Source of the DNA: a bacterium
GTDB taxonomy: Bacteria > UBP6 > UBA1177 > G963667425
Length of the DNA: 64,000 nt
Assembly (NCBI GenBank): GCA_963667425.1
Contig: OY763407.1
Span: forward strand, 2,009,226-2,073,225
Direction of reading: 5' to 3'
Below, in pieces: positions 1-9,140 of this stretch (positions within the stretch are counted from its first letter, which is position 1; every line of letters begins with the position of its first letter). The notes beneath the pieces are model-generated. The model was not told where the DNA came from, made no database searches, and saw only the letters and a program-made list of their open reading frames with translations. The translations under genes were made by a program, and so were the position numbers.

Positions 1-2896
1 AAGTGCTCTCACTGCTGCAATCTGAAAGAACAGAAAGTTCCGCATCAAAATTACCTTCTTCTCCTGATTTAGGTGTAACTTTAAAAACCATAGCACTTTT
101 TGCAGGAACAGAAACTTTGTAATAAAGATCAGGACCATAAGAATATCCGCCTGAGCAAGTGGTACTTCCATTCTGATCTGTTCCATTTTTTATACTTCTG
201 TCATATGTCCCGGCCGTTAAAGTTTCAGCTTTTTCGCAGCTGTTATTCTCATCAGGCTCAAACATGTTGAATTCAAGAGTATATGGAGAATTCATAAGCG
301 GTGTAACATACGGATGCTGGAAAACCTGAACATAAATAAAAGAATCAACATCGGAATGGTATTCTACGAACTCCGAAAAATAAGTCTGCTGATCATTACT
401 GTTTGCGATAACATCGCCGTTACTGTTGTAAATCACAACATAAGTTGCATTGCTTTTTTCGCCACAGAAAGGTCTTGTCCTTATGTTAAGATATTTTCCT
501 GCTTTTACTTCAAATTTATAAAAATCATTATCTCCATAGCCAAGTTTGCTTTCATGATAAAATGTTCCAAATATAAAGCCTTCCGTAACAAGCTGCGCCG
601 TTTCCAGCGTGTTGTTTGGTTCAATTTCCAGTGTTCCCTTTCTGCTGTCAGGAATACAGTCACCGGACACACATCTCATCATATCACAGTTACAGTCAGC
701 ATTTGTTACACAATATTCAGGCTGACATAAATTACTTCCGCAATCCTTACTGAAACATTCTCTGTTTTCAGCACATGCCCAGTAATCACGAACTGTAGGA
801 ACAGCACAAATACTGTTTCTGTTACAGAAAGCTCTTTCACTGCCGCATGAACTTCCGAAAGGATAGCAAACCTGACCGTTACAGTAAGTTCCTTCAGGAC
901 ATAATGCCGGATTATCCTGACAATCCTGAAGACAGAACTGCTCGCCTTCATACCCGATAACACATGAACCGTAATCATAGAAAACCACCTGACAATCGGT
1001 TTTAACTTCACATGAATTACAGGTTTTCTGATTTTCGGCAGGATCTACAGCATCATATCCTATACAGCCGGAATCTCCACTGCATTCTGTAGAACAGACA
1101 CCGTAAAGACATTGAGCATTCTTTTCACAATCATCATCAAACCTACAGACATTATAAAAACTTTGTCTCCATGGGTAGGCTTTTCTACAGACACCATCAA
1201 AACAACCACCTATGTCAAAACAATCAGCGTCAGATTCACAATTTACAGTACAATAGTAATCTTTTATTGTCTCATCTCCATAACAGATATCTTCACAAGA
1301 CCACACATACGGACAATTTTCTCCCGGCTTGAAATGCTTCTGTTCTTCAGCAACACAGAGACCCAAGTCCTTTGTTTCCGTCGTTCCATCTTCATTTTCA
1401 ACTTCATGGGAACCGTAAATATAACACGAACCTATTGCGCATTCACCATCTGTTTCACATGCTTTTGAGCAGAAAAGTCCATCCACGCATTCATATCCGT
1501 CACCGCACTGCCAGCTTGCGGTGCAGTCTTCACCAAATTCAAGGTGTCCCTTAACACTTTCAGGAAGACATGCATAATTGTTAGACGCCTTCACAAAGCC
1601 ACATTCCATATCTGTATTTGCTTCACATAAGTATGTTGTAACATTGTTTTCAGTTTTTTTAGTACAGTAATCACCGCAAATTTTCATATCAGAAAATTCT
1701 ATACAGTTACCGCTTGCACACTGAGAATCTTCTGAACACTCCTCTCCGTTAACCATATCAAATCTATTTGGATCATGGCAGGTTTTAACACCGTCCTGAT
1801 AAACATTCTCCATACATTCAAAACCTGAAGGACAAGGTGTAAGAATAGAAGAACAGGATGCAGTACAATAGCTGTCATAACATGCACCGCTACTGCAATC
1901 CATAACGGACTGACATGGTCCGCCAGTATCGACACTGCCTTTATGAACGCAATATTTTTCAAATTTAAAGCCACCGGCAGTTCCACCTTCCTTACATTTA
2001 CCACAACTTCCGCAGGAATCAGAAATAAGATTGGAAGTACACTCTTCGGAACAGAATCTTGCTTCGCCGCCATAACTAAGACAAAGACCACCTTCACAGT
2101 CATCATCAAGATTACACGGCTGAAAAGTTTTCATCTTGGGAGAAGGTCTTTTAAGCATTGAAACATACAATGGCCTGCACTGATAACCATACTCTTTAGA
2201 GTGATAATGGCAGTTCATACCGCCAGGACAATCTTCATCCTCTTTACATGTTCCGGTACAGACGCTTGCTTTTGTAAAAGCAGACATTCCATTTTCATCA
2301 GTTCCTGACCAGTCATATATAGTATCGCAAAAACCAGTTCCACATTCACTATTATAATTACAAGGCATTCCAGCCTTTAAACCATAAGGTCGGTTATCAC
2401 ATTCACCGAAACCATTACATGAACCATTTTTACACAGTCCACTACCCATAACACCGGAAACAGCTTCACATTCACTGTTCTCAGGTCTTGGACTCCAGCT
2501 GGTTTTTGATATATCCCTGTTACAGTAAGTACAAGTACTATCCGAATTAACTTCGCCATCCTTAATACATTTCCCATCAATTTCACAGGTAAGCCTGTCA
2601 CACAGACAAGTGAATCCGCCATTTTCATCAGGAACACACTGAGACCTGTTAGCTTCATTACATGGATTAGGATCACAAGGATTCTGAACAATCTGGTCAG
2701 CATCTTCAATTTCACCATCAGAATCAATAATTTCTGCATCCAAGTCATCTTCATCAGGTTCAGAATCTATAATAGAATCTGCATCCGATAAAATAGAATC
2801 CTCATCTGTAACATTTTTTTTACTGCTTCCATTATCACAAGAGACAGTAAAACAAAACAGGATAATACTAATAAAAAACAGGAATAATTTTTTCAT
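1..2896 (-). CDS. Very large secreted Cys-rich lipoprotein with acidic linker and C-terminal PPC (pre-peptidase C-terminal)-like domains; partial, 3' end runs off the window
   Basis: Absent from the ORF track because it has no stop in the window. My own translation from the ATG at 2894-2896 gives MKKLFLFFISIILFCFTVSCDNGSS (lipobox), then a D/E-rich linker, then many Cys modules (CNYNSECGTGFCD, CNLDDDCEGGLCL). Near the 3' part, GDNDFYKFEVKAGKYLNIRT (about 500-540) and DLYYKVSVPAKSAMVFKV match the PPC-domain pattern. The frame stays open to position 2. Confidence 0.8.
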   Translation of the reverse strand, partial: MKKLFLFFISIILFCFTVSCDNGSSKKNVTDEDSILSDADSIIDSEPDEDDLDAEIIDSDGEIEDADQIVQNPCDPNPCNEANRSQCVPDENGGFTCLCDRLTCEIDGKCIKDGEVNSDSTCTYCNRDISKTSWSPRPENSECEAVSGVMGSGLCKNGSCNGFGECDNRPYGLKAGMPCNYNSECGTGFCDTIYDWSGTDENGMSAFTKASVCTGTCKEDEDCPGGMNCHYHSKEYGYQCRPLYVSMLKRPSPKMKTFQPCNLDDDCEGGLCLSYGGEARFCSEECTSNLISDSCGSCGKCKEGGTAGGFKFEKYCVHKGSVDTGGPCQSVMDCSSGACYDSYCTASCSSILTPCPSGFECMENVYQDGVKTCHDPNRFDMVNGEECSEDSQCASGNCIEFSDMKICGDYCTKKTENNVTTYLCEANTDMECGFVKASNNYACLPESVKGHLEFGEDCTASWQCGDGYECVDGLFCSKACETDGECAIGSCYIYGSHEVENEDGTTETKDLGLCVAEEQKHFKPGENCPYVWSCEDICYGDETIKDYYCTVNCESDADCFDIGGCFDGVCRKAYPWRQSFYNVCRFDDDCEKNAQCLYGVCSTECSGDSGCIGYDAVDPAENQKTCNSCEVKTDCQVVFYDYGSCVIGYEGEQFCLQDCQDNPALCPEGTYCNGQVCYPFGSSCGSERAFCNRNSICAVPTVRDYWACAENRECFSKDCGSNLCQPEYCVTNADCNCDMMRCVSGDCIPDSRKGTLEIEPNNTLETAQLVTEGFIFGTFYHESKLGYGDNDFYKFEVKAGKYLNIRTRPFCGEKSNATYVVIYNSNGDVIANSNDQQTYFSEFVEYHSDVDSFIYVQVFQHPYVTPLMNSPYTLEFNMFEPDENNSCEKAETLTAGTYDRSIKNGTDQNGSTTCSGGYSYGPDLYYKVSVPAKSAMVFKVTPKSGEEGNFDAELSVLSDCSSEST

Positions 2897-3053
2897 TGAT
2901 AAATCCCTAACAAAAAATTTATAAACTGACAACAATTTGAGCCTAGCACAAAAAAGGGATAAATCAATAAAATCTCTACATTTTTCACACAATTAAAAAG
3001 AAAGGAAATTTCCCTGAAAAAGGGATAGATATTTAGAAATAAAAAAGAAATAT

Positions 3054-3608
3054 TTAGAATCTCAGACCTAAAAGAATATAAATATCTGGAATATATCGAG
3101 AAGTGTCTCCACAATATGTTCCATCTGGTTTTGCACAATCAGATTCTATAAATGCTTTATATGAAATAGGAAGTCCAACACCAATACGAAGCTGAAAAGC
3201 ACGATCATATGATAAATGGTTTATAAATGAAATTTCCGCTACAGCTTCATAGAAAGAAATTGTAGTATTAAAAATGTTTATACCTGTTCCAAAACCAGCG
3301 CCAATACGAATTTCATCTTTTTTATACCAGTTTAAAAAAATTGGAACCCCCACAACACTTTTCCCTTTTATTGAGAGTGAATCATAGAAATTACAAGCCC
3401 CTTGAATACTAATCATTTCCCAGAAAAAATACTTCCATCTGACTGTTGCAAAAGCAAAATTTGCTGTAGCACCATAAGTACTTCCACCAAGCGCAAAGGC
3501 AAACCACTCCGTTTTTTCATGACTATATCTGATAATTGGTTCATCCTCTGCAAAAAGCGAAAATGAAAGCACTGAAACTATAAAAAAAGCTAATATTCTA
3601 TTTTTCAT
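3054..3608 (-). CDS. Small signal-peptide protein, outer-membrane beta-barrel-like; paralog 1 of a tandem triplet
   Basis: Signal peptide MKNRILAFFIVSVLSFSLFAEDE. Shared motifs TEWF-FALG-YG and LRW--FFWE. Ends in GLRF (terminal Phe, typical of OMPs). GGAG lies upstream of the ATG. Confidence 0.7.
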   Translation of the reverse strand: MKNRILAFFIVSVLSFSLFAEDEPIIRYSHEKTEWFAFALGGSTYGATANFAFATVRWKYFFWEMISIQGACNFYDSLSIKGKSVVGVPIFLNWYKKDEIRIGAGFGTGINIFNTTISFYEAVAEISFINHLSYDRAFQLRIGVGLPISYKAFIESDCAKPDGTYCGDTSRYIPDIYILLGLRF

Positions 3609-3625
3609 CTGTTTTCTCCAACTAT

Positions 3626-4183
3626 TTAAAATCTTACGCCAGCAAATCCGTATATGTTTGGCATATAATAAATTTTATTGCAATTTTCTTCTCTTTCACC
3701 ACATTCAATTTCACCAAGTCTGCCTGTACCAAAAGGAAATTTTGCTGCTGCGCCAATCTGAAAAGCCATTTCATCAGAAATGTGAAAAACGTATGAAACT
3801 TCAGTCAAGGCATCGATAGAAGAAAAAGAATTTTTAAAGAACTCGGCACCTAAACTTAATCCAGCTGAAATTCTTATTTCATGTCTGTTATCATCCGTAA
3901 GAAAAAAAGGAATTCCGGAAGCAGTTTCAGCTCTCAGTGCAAAAGCATTCTGTGTAATAAAATCATAAGAACTCTGAATTCTTAAGGTTTCCCAAAAGAA
4001 AGAGTGCCATCTTAGCGTGCATACAGAAACATGCCCGCTTAAACCATAAGTTCCGTACCCTAAGGCAAATGAAAACCACTCCGTCTTTGTTTTGATAAAT
4101 CCGTGAGTATATTTCTGTTCTTCTGCAAAAAGTGAAAAAGAAAGCATAAAAATTATAAGAAAAGCTAATATTTTATTTTTCAT
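3626..4183 (-). CDS. Small signal-peptide protein, outer-membrane beta-barrel-like; paralog 2
   Basis: The track ORF 3626..4195 begins with TTG. The internal ATG at 4183 has GGAGG 5 nt upstream and gives MKNKILAFLIIFMLSFSLFAEE. Ends YMPNIYGFAGVRF. Confidence 0.7.
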   Translation of the reverse strand: MKNKILAFLIIFMLSFSLFAEEQKYTHGFIKTKTEWFSFALGYGTYGLSGHVSVCTLRWHSFFWETLRIQSSYDFITQNAFALRAETASGIPFFLTDDNRHEIRISAGLSLGAEFFKNSFSSIDALTEVSYVFHISDEMAFQIGAAAKFPFGTGRLGEIECGEREENCNKIYYMPNIYGFAGVRF

Positions 4184-4198
4184 ACATTCCTCCAACTA

Positions 4199-4807
4199 TT
4201 AAAATCTTACGCCAGCAAAACCATATATGTTGGGCATATAAACACTTTTATAATAATAACTCCCAAAAGCACTTGCAAACATTTCATCATCAGTAAAAAG
4301 TGGAAAATCGGCACTAACTCCCACCTGAATTGCAAATGAATCAAAAATTCGAGCAATATATGACAATTCAGTAGAAATATCTAAAAGATACCCATCTTTT
4401 TTATAACAGGATATTCCCAAACCTACTCCAGCACCAACTCTTATTTCATGCCTGTTATCAGCTGTAATAAAAAAAGGAAGGCCTGCTGAACTTTTAATTT
4501 TGAATGAAAATACACTATATTCAGAAGCGACACCAATTTCATTAATGATATTGTCGCGATCATTAGTTCTGGGATATGAAAAATCACGTGATGCATGAAG
4601 TTTCAATATTTCCCAGAAAGCATTTCTCCATCTTAAAGTAAATGCAGAAAAATTTAACGAATAGCCATAAGTTCCATAACCTGCTGAAAACGAGATCCAT
4701 TCTGTAGAAGTTCTTATAAAAACATGTTTATATTCAGTTTTTTCTTCTCCAAAGAGTTTAGCAGACAAAAACAGTATAAAAAATAAAAAAAACATTTTAC
4801 TTTTCAT
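4199..4807 (-). CDS. Small signal-peptide protein, outer-membrane beta-barrel-like; paralog 3
   Basis: The track ORF begins with GTG at 4828. The ATG at 4807 has GGGAGG upstream and gives MKSKMFFLFFILFLSAKLFGEE. Ends YMPNIYGFAGVRF, identical to paralog 2. Confidence 0.7.
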   Translation of the reverse strand: MKSKMFFLFFILFLSAKLFGEEKTEYKHVFIRTSTEWISFSAGYGTYGYSLNFSAFTLRWRNAFWEILKLHASRDFSYPRTNDRDNIINEIGVASEYSVFSFKIKSSAGLPFFITADNRHEIRVGAGVGLGISCYKKDGYLLDISTELSYIARIFDSFAIQVGVSADFPLFTDDEMFASAFGSYYYKSVYMPNIYGFAGVRF

Positions 4808-4954
4808 CAATACCCTCCCAACTGGCACAGCTTACAGCCTATATTTAATAGACGAATAAGCGAAGTCAAAATGTTCAATTTTTTTCAGACTATTTTAGAA
4901 CCAGCTGGTTTTACTAGGCTATTTTTTTATGAAAAGGACTGAAAAAGTGCTGTT

Positions 4955-5851
4955 TCAGATTTTATGAACAATTCTTTTACTGCTGCTTCTTGTAATTTTG
5001 CTTCCAATCATAATTACAAAAAGACCTGCTATGAAAAAAAGAGAAATTTTTTCACCATAAAACATAATTGAAAATAGAGTTGCAACTGCCGGTTTAAGAA
5101 AAAAGACAAGTGATGTCGAAGATGCGGAAAGTATTTTAAGCATGTTGAAAAAAACTATGTAGCTTATTCCGCTTACAACTATTCCGACATATAAAAATGA
5201 TGCCAGATATTGCTTATCGGCAAATATTTCATGCGGGATTGCTAATGAGTTTCCCTGAACGAGCAAAATTATAAGAGAAAATATAAGCCCGGAGGCAAAA
5301 CTTACAGTGTTAACTGTTATTGGTGAAATACCGTTTGAGTATTTTTTGCCAAGCACTGTATAAAGTGCAAAACTGACTGCACCAAGCATAGCATAAACGA
5401 TCCCTAAATCGAGCGACAAGCCTTTGTTCAGAGCAATAATCACAACACCCGTCATCCCTACCAGAAAACCTGCAAGTTTTTTCATAGAAAGTTTTTCAAT
5501 ATTAAGTATGTGGGAAAATCCAAGCACAAAAAGGGGATTTGATGAGAAAACAACTGCCGCTGTTGCAGGTGTGGTATTTTTTATAGCAAGCTGAAGCATT
5601 GTCATTGAAAATGTTATGTTAAGAAATCCAAGCCCTGCAAGATGAATCAGATCTTTTTTGCTTAATGCTTTTATTTCAGAGATTCTTTTTGTTGATATCT
5701 GAAAAACAGCAAGAACAGCAAAACCTATAACAAATCTGTAAAATGTAAGCAAAAACGGGTCAATAACACCCATAAGCGGTTTTGATGCAACTTCCATTGA
5801 ACTGAAAATTATAACGGCTGCAATAAAATATATCAGACCTTTTCTGTCCAT
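4955..5851 (-). CDS. EamA/DMT-superfamily permease
   Basis: 298 aa with about 10 hydrophobic helices in the two-repeat EamA-like layout. Overlaps the upstream gene by 19 nt, so probably the same operon. Confidence 0.8.
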   Translation of the reverse strand: MDRKGLIYFIAAVIIFSSMEVASKPLMGVIDPFLLTFYRFVIGFAVLAVFQISTKRISEIKALSKKDLIHLAGLGFLNITFSMTMLQLAIKNTTPATAAVVFSSNPLFVLGFSHILNIEKLSMKKLAGFLVGMTGVVIIALNKGLSLDLGIVYAMLGAVSFALYTVLGKKYSNGISPITVNTVSFASGLIFSLIILLVQGNSLAIPHEIFADKQYLASFLYVGIVVSGISYIVFFNMLKILSASSTSLVFFLKPAVATLFSIMFYGEKISLFFIAGLFVIMIGSKITRSSSKRIVHKI

Positions 5852-7050
5852 AATCTGCCATCCTTAACTCTGATTCTGATTGTTTTGCACTCTTTGAGCA
5901 CGCCTTCGCCAAAGTAATCAACTGTCAGATAGTTTGCTGCTGTTCCTGAAAAATGGTTCTTACCTTTTTCTTCTTCAAGAATCATTGTGGTTACCAATCC
6001 GTCACATTTATCAATATATTCTCTTCTTTTCACTTCAAAGAGCTCTCTCATTTTCCTTGCTCTCTCTTTTTTTATATCAGAAGGAACTGACTCCTTTTTC
6101 TCAAGCTCATAACCTTTTGTCCCTTTTCTAGGAGAAAACGGAAAAACATGACCATAAGCAAGAGGAAGCTTTTTTATAAGATTAAATGATGCCATGAAAT
6201 CTTCATCTGTCTCACCTGGAAAGCCGACAATAACATCTGTACCGACAGCCACACTGTTTGAGCCATCATCTGTAAGTCTCATTACTGCCTTTGCAAAATC
6301 TTCAGCCGGATATGGGCGGTTCATCTTTTTTAAAATGGAATCACTTCCGCTTTGCAGTGAAATGTGCCAATGCGGCAGCACTTTCCCCTCTTCAGCCATT
6401 TCAAAAAGCTTTTCTGAAATTTCAAGACACTCCATAGAGCCTAGCCTTACCCTTCCTATCTTTTCAAAAGCAAGATTGGCAACATCGGCAAGTGTTTCTC
6501 TGTAGTTATTATCTTTTCCATATCTTCCAATGTGTATACCTGTCAGAACAACTTCATTAAAATCTTTATTTTTAAGGTCATCAAGAACTTTTGAAATATC
6601 TGACATTGGAACACTTTTTATTTTACCGCCTCTGACATACGGAATTATGCAGTATGTGCAGAACTGATCGCAGCCGTCCTCAATTTTAAGAAAAGGTCTT
6701 GCTCTTGAAAAATCGACAGCAAAGAGTATTTCCGATTCAAAAAATGAGGCGACCTTTTCAATTGAATTTAAATAGAGCGCATCAGCATCTTCAGGCATAC
6801 TGCTGTATTCTTTTCTTGTTCCGCAGCCTGTAACTATGACTTTGCCTTTTTTTGAAAGGCGGCGAATCATATTTCTAACCTGCGAATCGGTTGCAGAAGT
6901 TACAGTACAGCTGTTTATGATATAAAAATCGGCATCTTCTTCAGGTGAAACTATTTCAATGTTCTTAAGAGACTCTTTCAGCTGCTCGGTCTCAAAGAGA
7001 TTGACTTTGCAGCCGAAAGTATAGAAGGCAACCTTAGGAATTCTGACCAT
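5833..7050 (-). CDS. Radical-SAM methylthiotransferase of the MiaB/MtaB family
   Basis: N-terminal UPF0004-type FYTFGCKVN, radical-SAM CDQFCTYCIIPYVRG, and a C-terminal TRAM-like region. Confidence 0.85.
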   Translation of the reverse strand: MVRIPKVAFYTFGCKVNLFETEQLKESLKNIEIVSPEEDADFYIINSCTVTSATDSQVRNMIRRLSKKGKVIVTGCGTRKEYSSMPEDADALYLNSIEKVASFFESEILFAVDFSRARPFLKIEDGCDQFCTYCIIPYVRGGKIKSVPMSDISKVLDDLKNKDFNEVVLTGIHIGRYGKDNNYRETLADVANLAFEKIGRVRLGSMECLEISEKLFEMAEEGKVLPHWHISLQSGSDSILKKMNRPYPAEDFAKAVMRLTDDGSNSVAVGTDVIVGFPGETDEDFMASFNLIKKLPLAYGHVFPFSPRKGTKGYELEKKESVPSDIKKERARKMRELFEVKRREYIDKCDGLVTTMILEEEKGKNHFSGTAANYLTVDYFGEGVLKECKTIRIRVKDGRLWTEKV

Positions 7051-7417
7051 TTTTTTCCATATATTCCTTTATTGCCTTGTGAAGAGCATCTGCCGCAAGG
7101 TTTGAGCAGTGAAGTTTTTCAGGCGGAAGACCGCCAAGTTCTTCAGCAACGAGGTCTCTTGTAACTTTTAAAGCCTCTTCAAGAGTTTTTCCCTTAACCA
7201 TTTCAGTTGTAACAGAGCTTGTAGCTATAGCGGCACCGCATCCGAAAGTCTGAAATTTAATATCTTCAATTATTCCGTCATTTATTTTAAGAGAAACCTG
7301 AATAATATCTCCGCATGAAGCATTTCCAACTTCACCGAAAGCATCTGGATTCTCTATTCTTCCGACATTTCTAGGATTCATGAAATGTTCCATAACTTTA
7401 TCGGTATAATCCTGCAT
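7034..7417 (-). CDS. nifU: NifU/IscU-type Fe-S cluster scaffold
   Basis: 127 aa. Has NPRNVG, GNASCGD, FGCGAAIA and LHCSNLA motifs, the three conserved Cys of IscU/NifU-N. Confidence 0.9.
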   Translation of the reverse strand: MQDYTDKVMEHFMNPRNVGRIENPDAFGEVGNASCGDIIQVSLKINDGIIEDIKFQTFGCGAAIATSSVTTEMVKGKTLEEALKVTRDLVAEELGGLPPEKLHCSNLAADALHKAIKEYMEKNGQNS

Positions 7418-7426
7418 GATTCACTC

Positions 7427-8605
7427 CTATTTTATATTGTTTATAAATCTGTCGTAAAGCGGTGAAAAACTTCTGAGAGTAACAATTGTCTTCTTAAGTT
7501 CTTCAACCGTATAATCTATATCTTCCTTTACTGTTTCACGTCCAAGTGAAAATCTTATTGTTGAATGAGCTTCATCTTCACCAACATGCATAGCCGTTAT
7601 TACATGACTTGGATCAAGAGTTCCTGATGAGCAGGCAGAACCTGTAGAAACAGCAATGCCGGCATAGTCAAGTTTAAGCTGAATACCTTCGCCTTCAACA
7701 AACTCAAAGCTTATATTTGTAGTTGTCGGAAGTCTATGCTCCTTGTCACCAAGCACTTTAACATAAGGAATCTCTGCAACAACTTTCTCTTCAAGATAGT
7801 CTCTTATAACAGAAACTCTTTTAGCCTCGCTATCCATCTCTTTTAATGCAAGTTCCAGAGCAGCGCCCATTGAAATAATTCCAATAACATTTTCTGTGCC
7901 CGCACGTCTGTTCTTTTCCTGATGTCCGCCGGTAAGATATGGAGTGAGTCTTTTCCCTTTTCTTATAACAAGTGCGCCGATTCCCTTAAGTGCATAAAAT
8001 TTATGACCGCTTATTGTCATAAAATCGACACCTAGATCATTAAAATCAACAGGAATCTTTCCAACAGCCTGAACAGCGTCAGTATGAACAAGAACATTGT
8101 GCTTGTGGGCAATTTCAGCAATCTCTTTTACAGGATAGATGTTTCCTATCTCATTATTTGCAAGCATTATTGAAACAAGACCGGTATTTTCCTTTATAAG
8201 AGCTTCAACATCGGCAGGATTTATCCTTCCTTTCTGATCTACCGGAACAATAGAAACTTCATAACCGTGCTTTGTAAGATATTTAGCAGTCTCAAGAACA
8301 GCAGGATGCTCAACTGCGCTAACAATTATATGATTTTTATTTTCTTTAAAGTTTACGCCGTAACCTCTTAAAACAGTATTGTTACCTTCAGTTGCACATG
8401 AAGTGAAAACAAGGTTCTTTGCTTCGGTTCCAATCGCTTTTGCAATAACCTCACGGCTACTTTCAACTGCATTCTTTACAATACGTCCCTCTTTATATCT
8501 GCTGGAAGCGTTTCCGTAATTTTCCATAAGGAAAGGGAGAACAGCATTTTTAACTTCCTCTCTTACAGGTGTCGTAGCATTGTTATCAAGATATATTCTT
8601 TTCAT
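7427..8605 (-). CDS. nifS: Cysteine desulfurase (NifS/IscS class)
   Basis: RIYLDNNATTP, PLP-Lys SGHKFYALKG, active-site STGSACSSG. I chose the ATG at 8605 because GGAG lies 7 nt upstream and it forms a TAATG stop/start overlap with the Rrf2 gene. The track ORF extends to 8620. Confidence 0.9.
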   Translation of the reverse strand: MKRIYLDNNATTPVREEVKNAVLPFLMENYGNASSRYKEGRIVKNAVESSREVIAKAIGTEAKNLVFTSCATEGNNTVLRGYGVNFKENKNHIIVSAVEHPAVLETAKYLTKHGYEVSIVPVDQKGRINPADVEALIKENTGLVSIMLANNEIGNIYPVKEIAEIAHKHNVLVHTDAVQAVGKIPVDFNDLGVDFMTISGHKFYALKGIGALVIRKGKRLTPYLTGGHQEKNRRAGTENVIGIISMGAALELALKEMDSEAKRVSVIRDYLEEKVVAEIPYVKVLGDKEHRLPTTTNISFEFVEGEGIQLKLDYAGIAVSTGSACSSGTLDPSHVITAMHVGEDEAHSTIRFSLGRETVKEDIDYTVEELKKTIVTLRSFSPLYDRFINNIK

Positions 8606-9027
8606 TATTCGACTCCGCAAACATGAGTTTTTAACAAATCTTCTATAGTTTTTAATTCAAGGAACGCTTTTACATGAAAATAAAAGTCATCCCACAAATG
8701 CTTTGCTTTACAGTGAGCACCAAAACATGTATTTGTCTGTTTTCTTTCACAGTCAGGAATATTTTCTATCTCACCGACAGCAAGTAAAACATCAAAAAGG
8801 GTTATCTCGGAAGGCTTTTTACTTAAAACATAGCCTCCTCCTGGACCTTTAACGCTCTTTACCAGTCCGGCTCTTCTAAGTTTATTAAAAAGCTGTTCGG
8901 TATATGAAACCGGAAGCTTTTCAAATTCGGACAGAGCTGAAAGAGAAACAGGATTTCCCTGCCTTTCCATACATGCAAGAGCTGTTATTGCCCTTACCGA
9001 ATATTTTCCTTTTTTAGAGATAAGCAT
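8605..9027 (-). CDS. Rrf2-family transcriptional regulator (IscR-like)
   Basis: N-terminal wHTH (KGKYSVRAITALACM, GPGGGYVL) and a C-terminal Cys cluster (CERKQTNTC-GAHC). First gene of the nifS-nifU operon. Confidence 0.85.
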   Translation of the reverse strand: MLISKKGKYSVRAITALACMERQGNPVSLSALSEFEKLPVSYTEQLFNKLRRAGLVKSVKGPGGGYVLSKKPSEITLFDVLLAVGEIENIPDCERKQTNTCFGAHCKAKHLWDDFYFHVKAFLELKTIEDLLKTHVCGVE

Positions 9028-9056
9028 ATTACCCTCACAAAAAGCTCACAACAGTG

Positions 9057-9084
9057 AATATAATTGCCCCACTATTTTTGTCAA
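9057..9084 (-). promoter_or_regulatory. Putative sigma70-type promoter of the Rrf2-nifS-nifU operon
   Basis: On the minus strand: TTGACA (9084-9079), 16 nt, TATATT (9062-9057). This is about 30 nt upstream of the ATG at 9027. Confidence 0.45.
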
Positions 9085-9140
9085 CTATTGAAATGATGAT
9101 TTTTTTAATAAAATAGAAATTATTTTATATCAGCCTGATT

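Noticed and set aside
3004-3013. 10-bp palindrome GGAAATTTCC and two AAAAAGGGATA copies upstream of the giant Cys-rich gene, as possible operators
   Set aside because: They are too short and too likely by chance in AT-rich intergenic DNA to support a call without comparative data.
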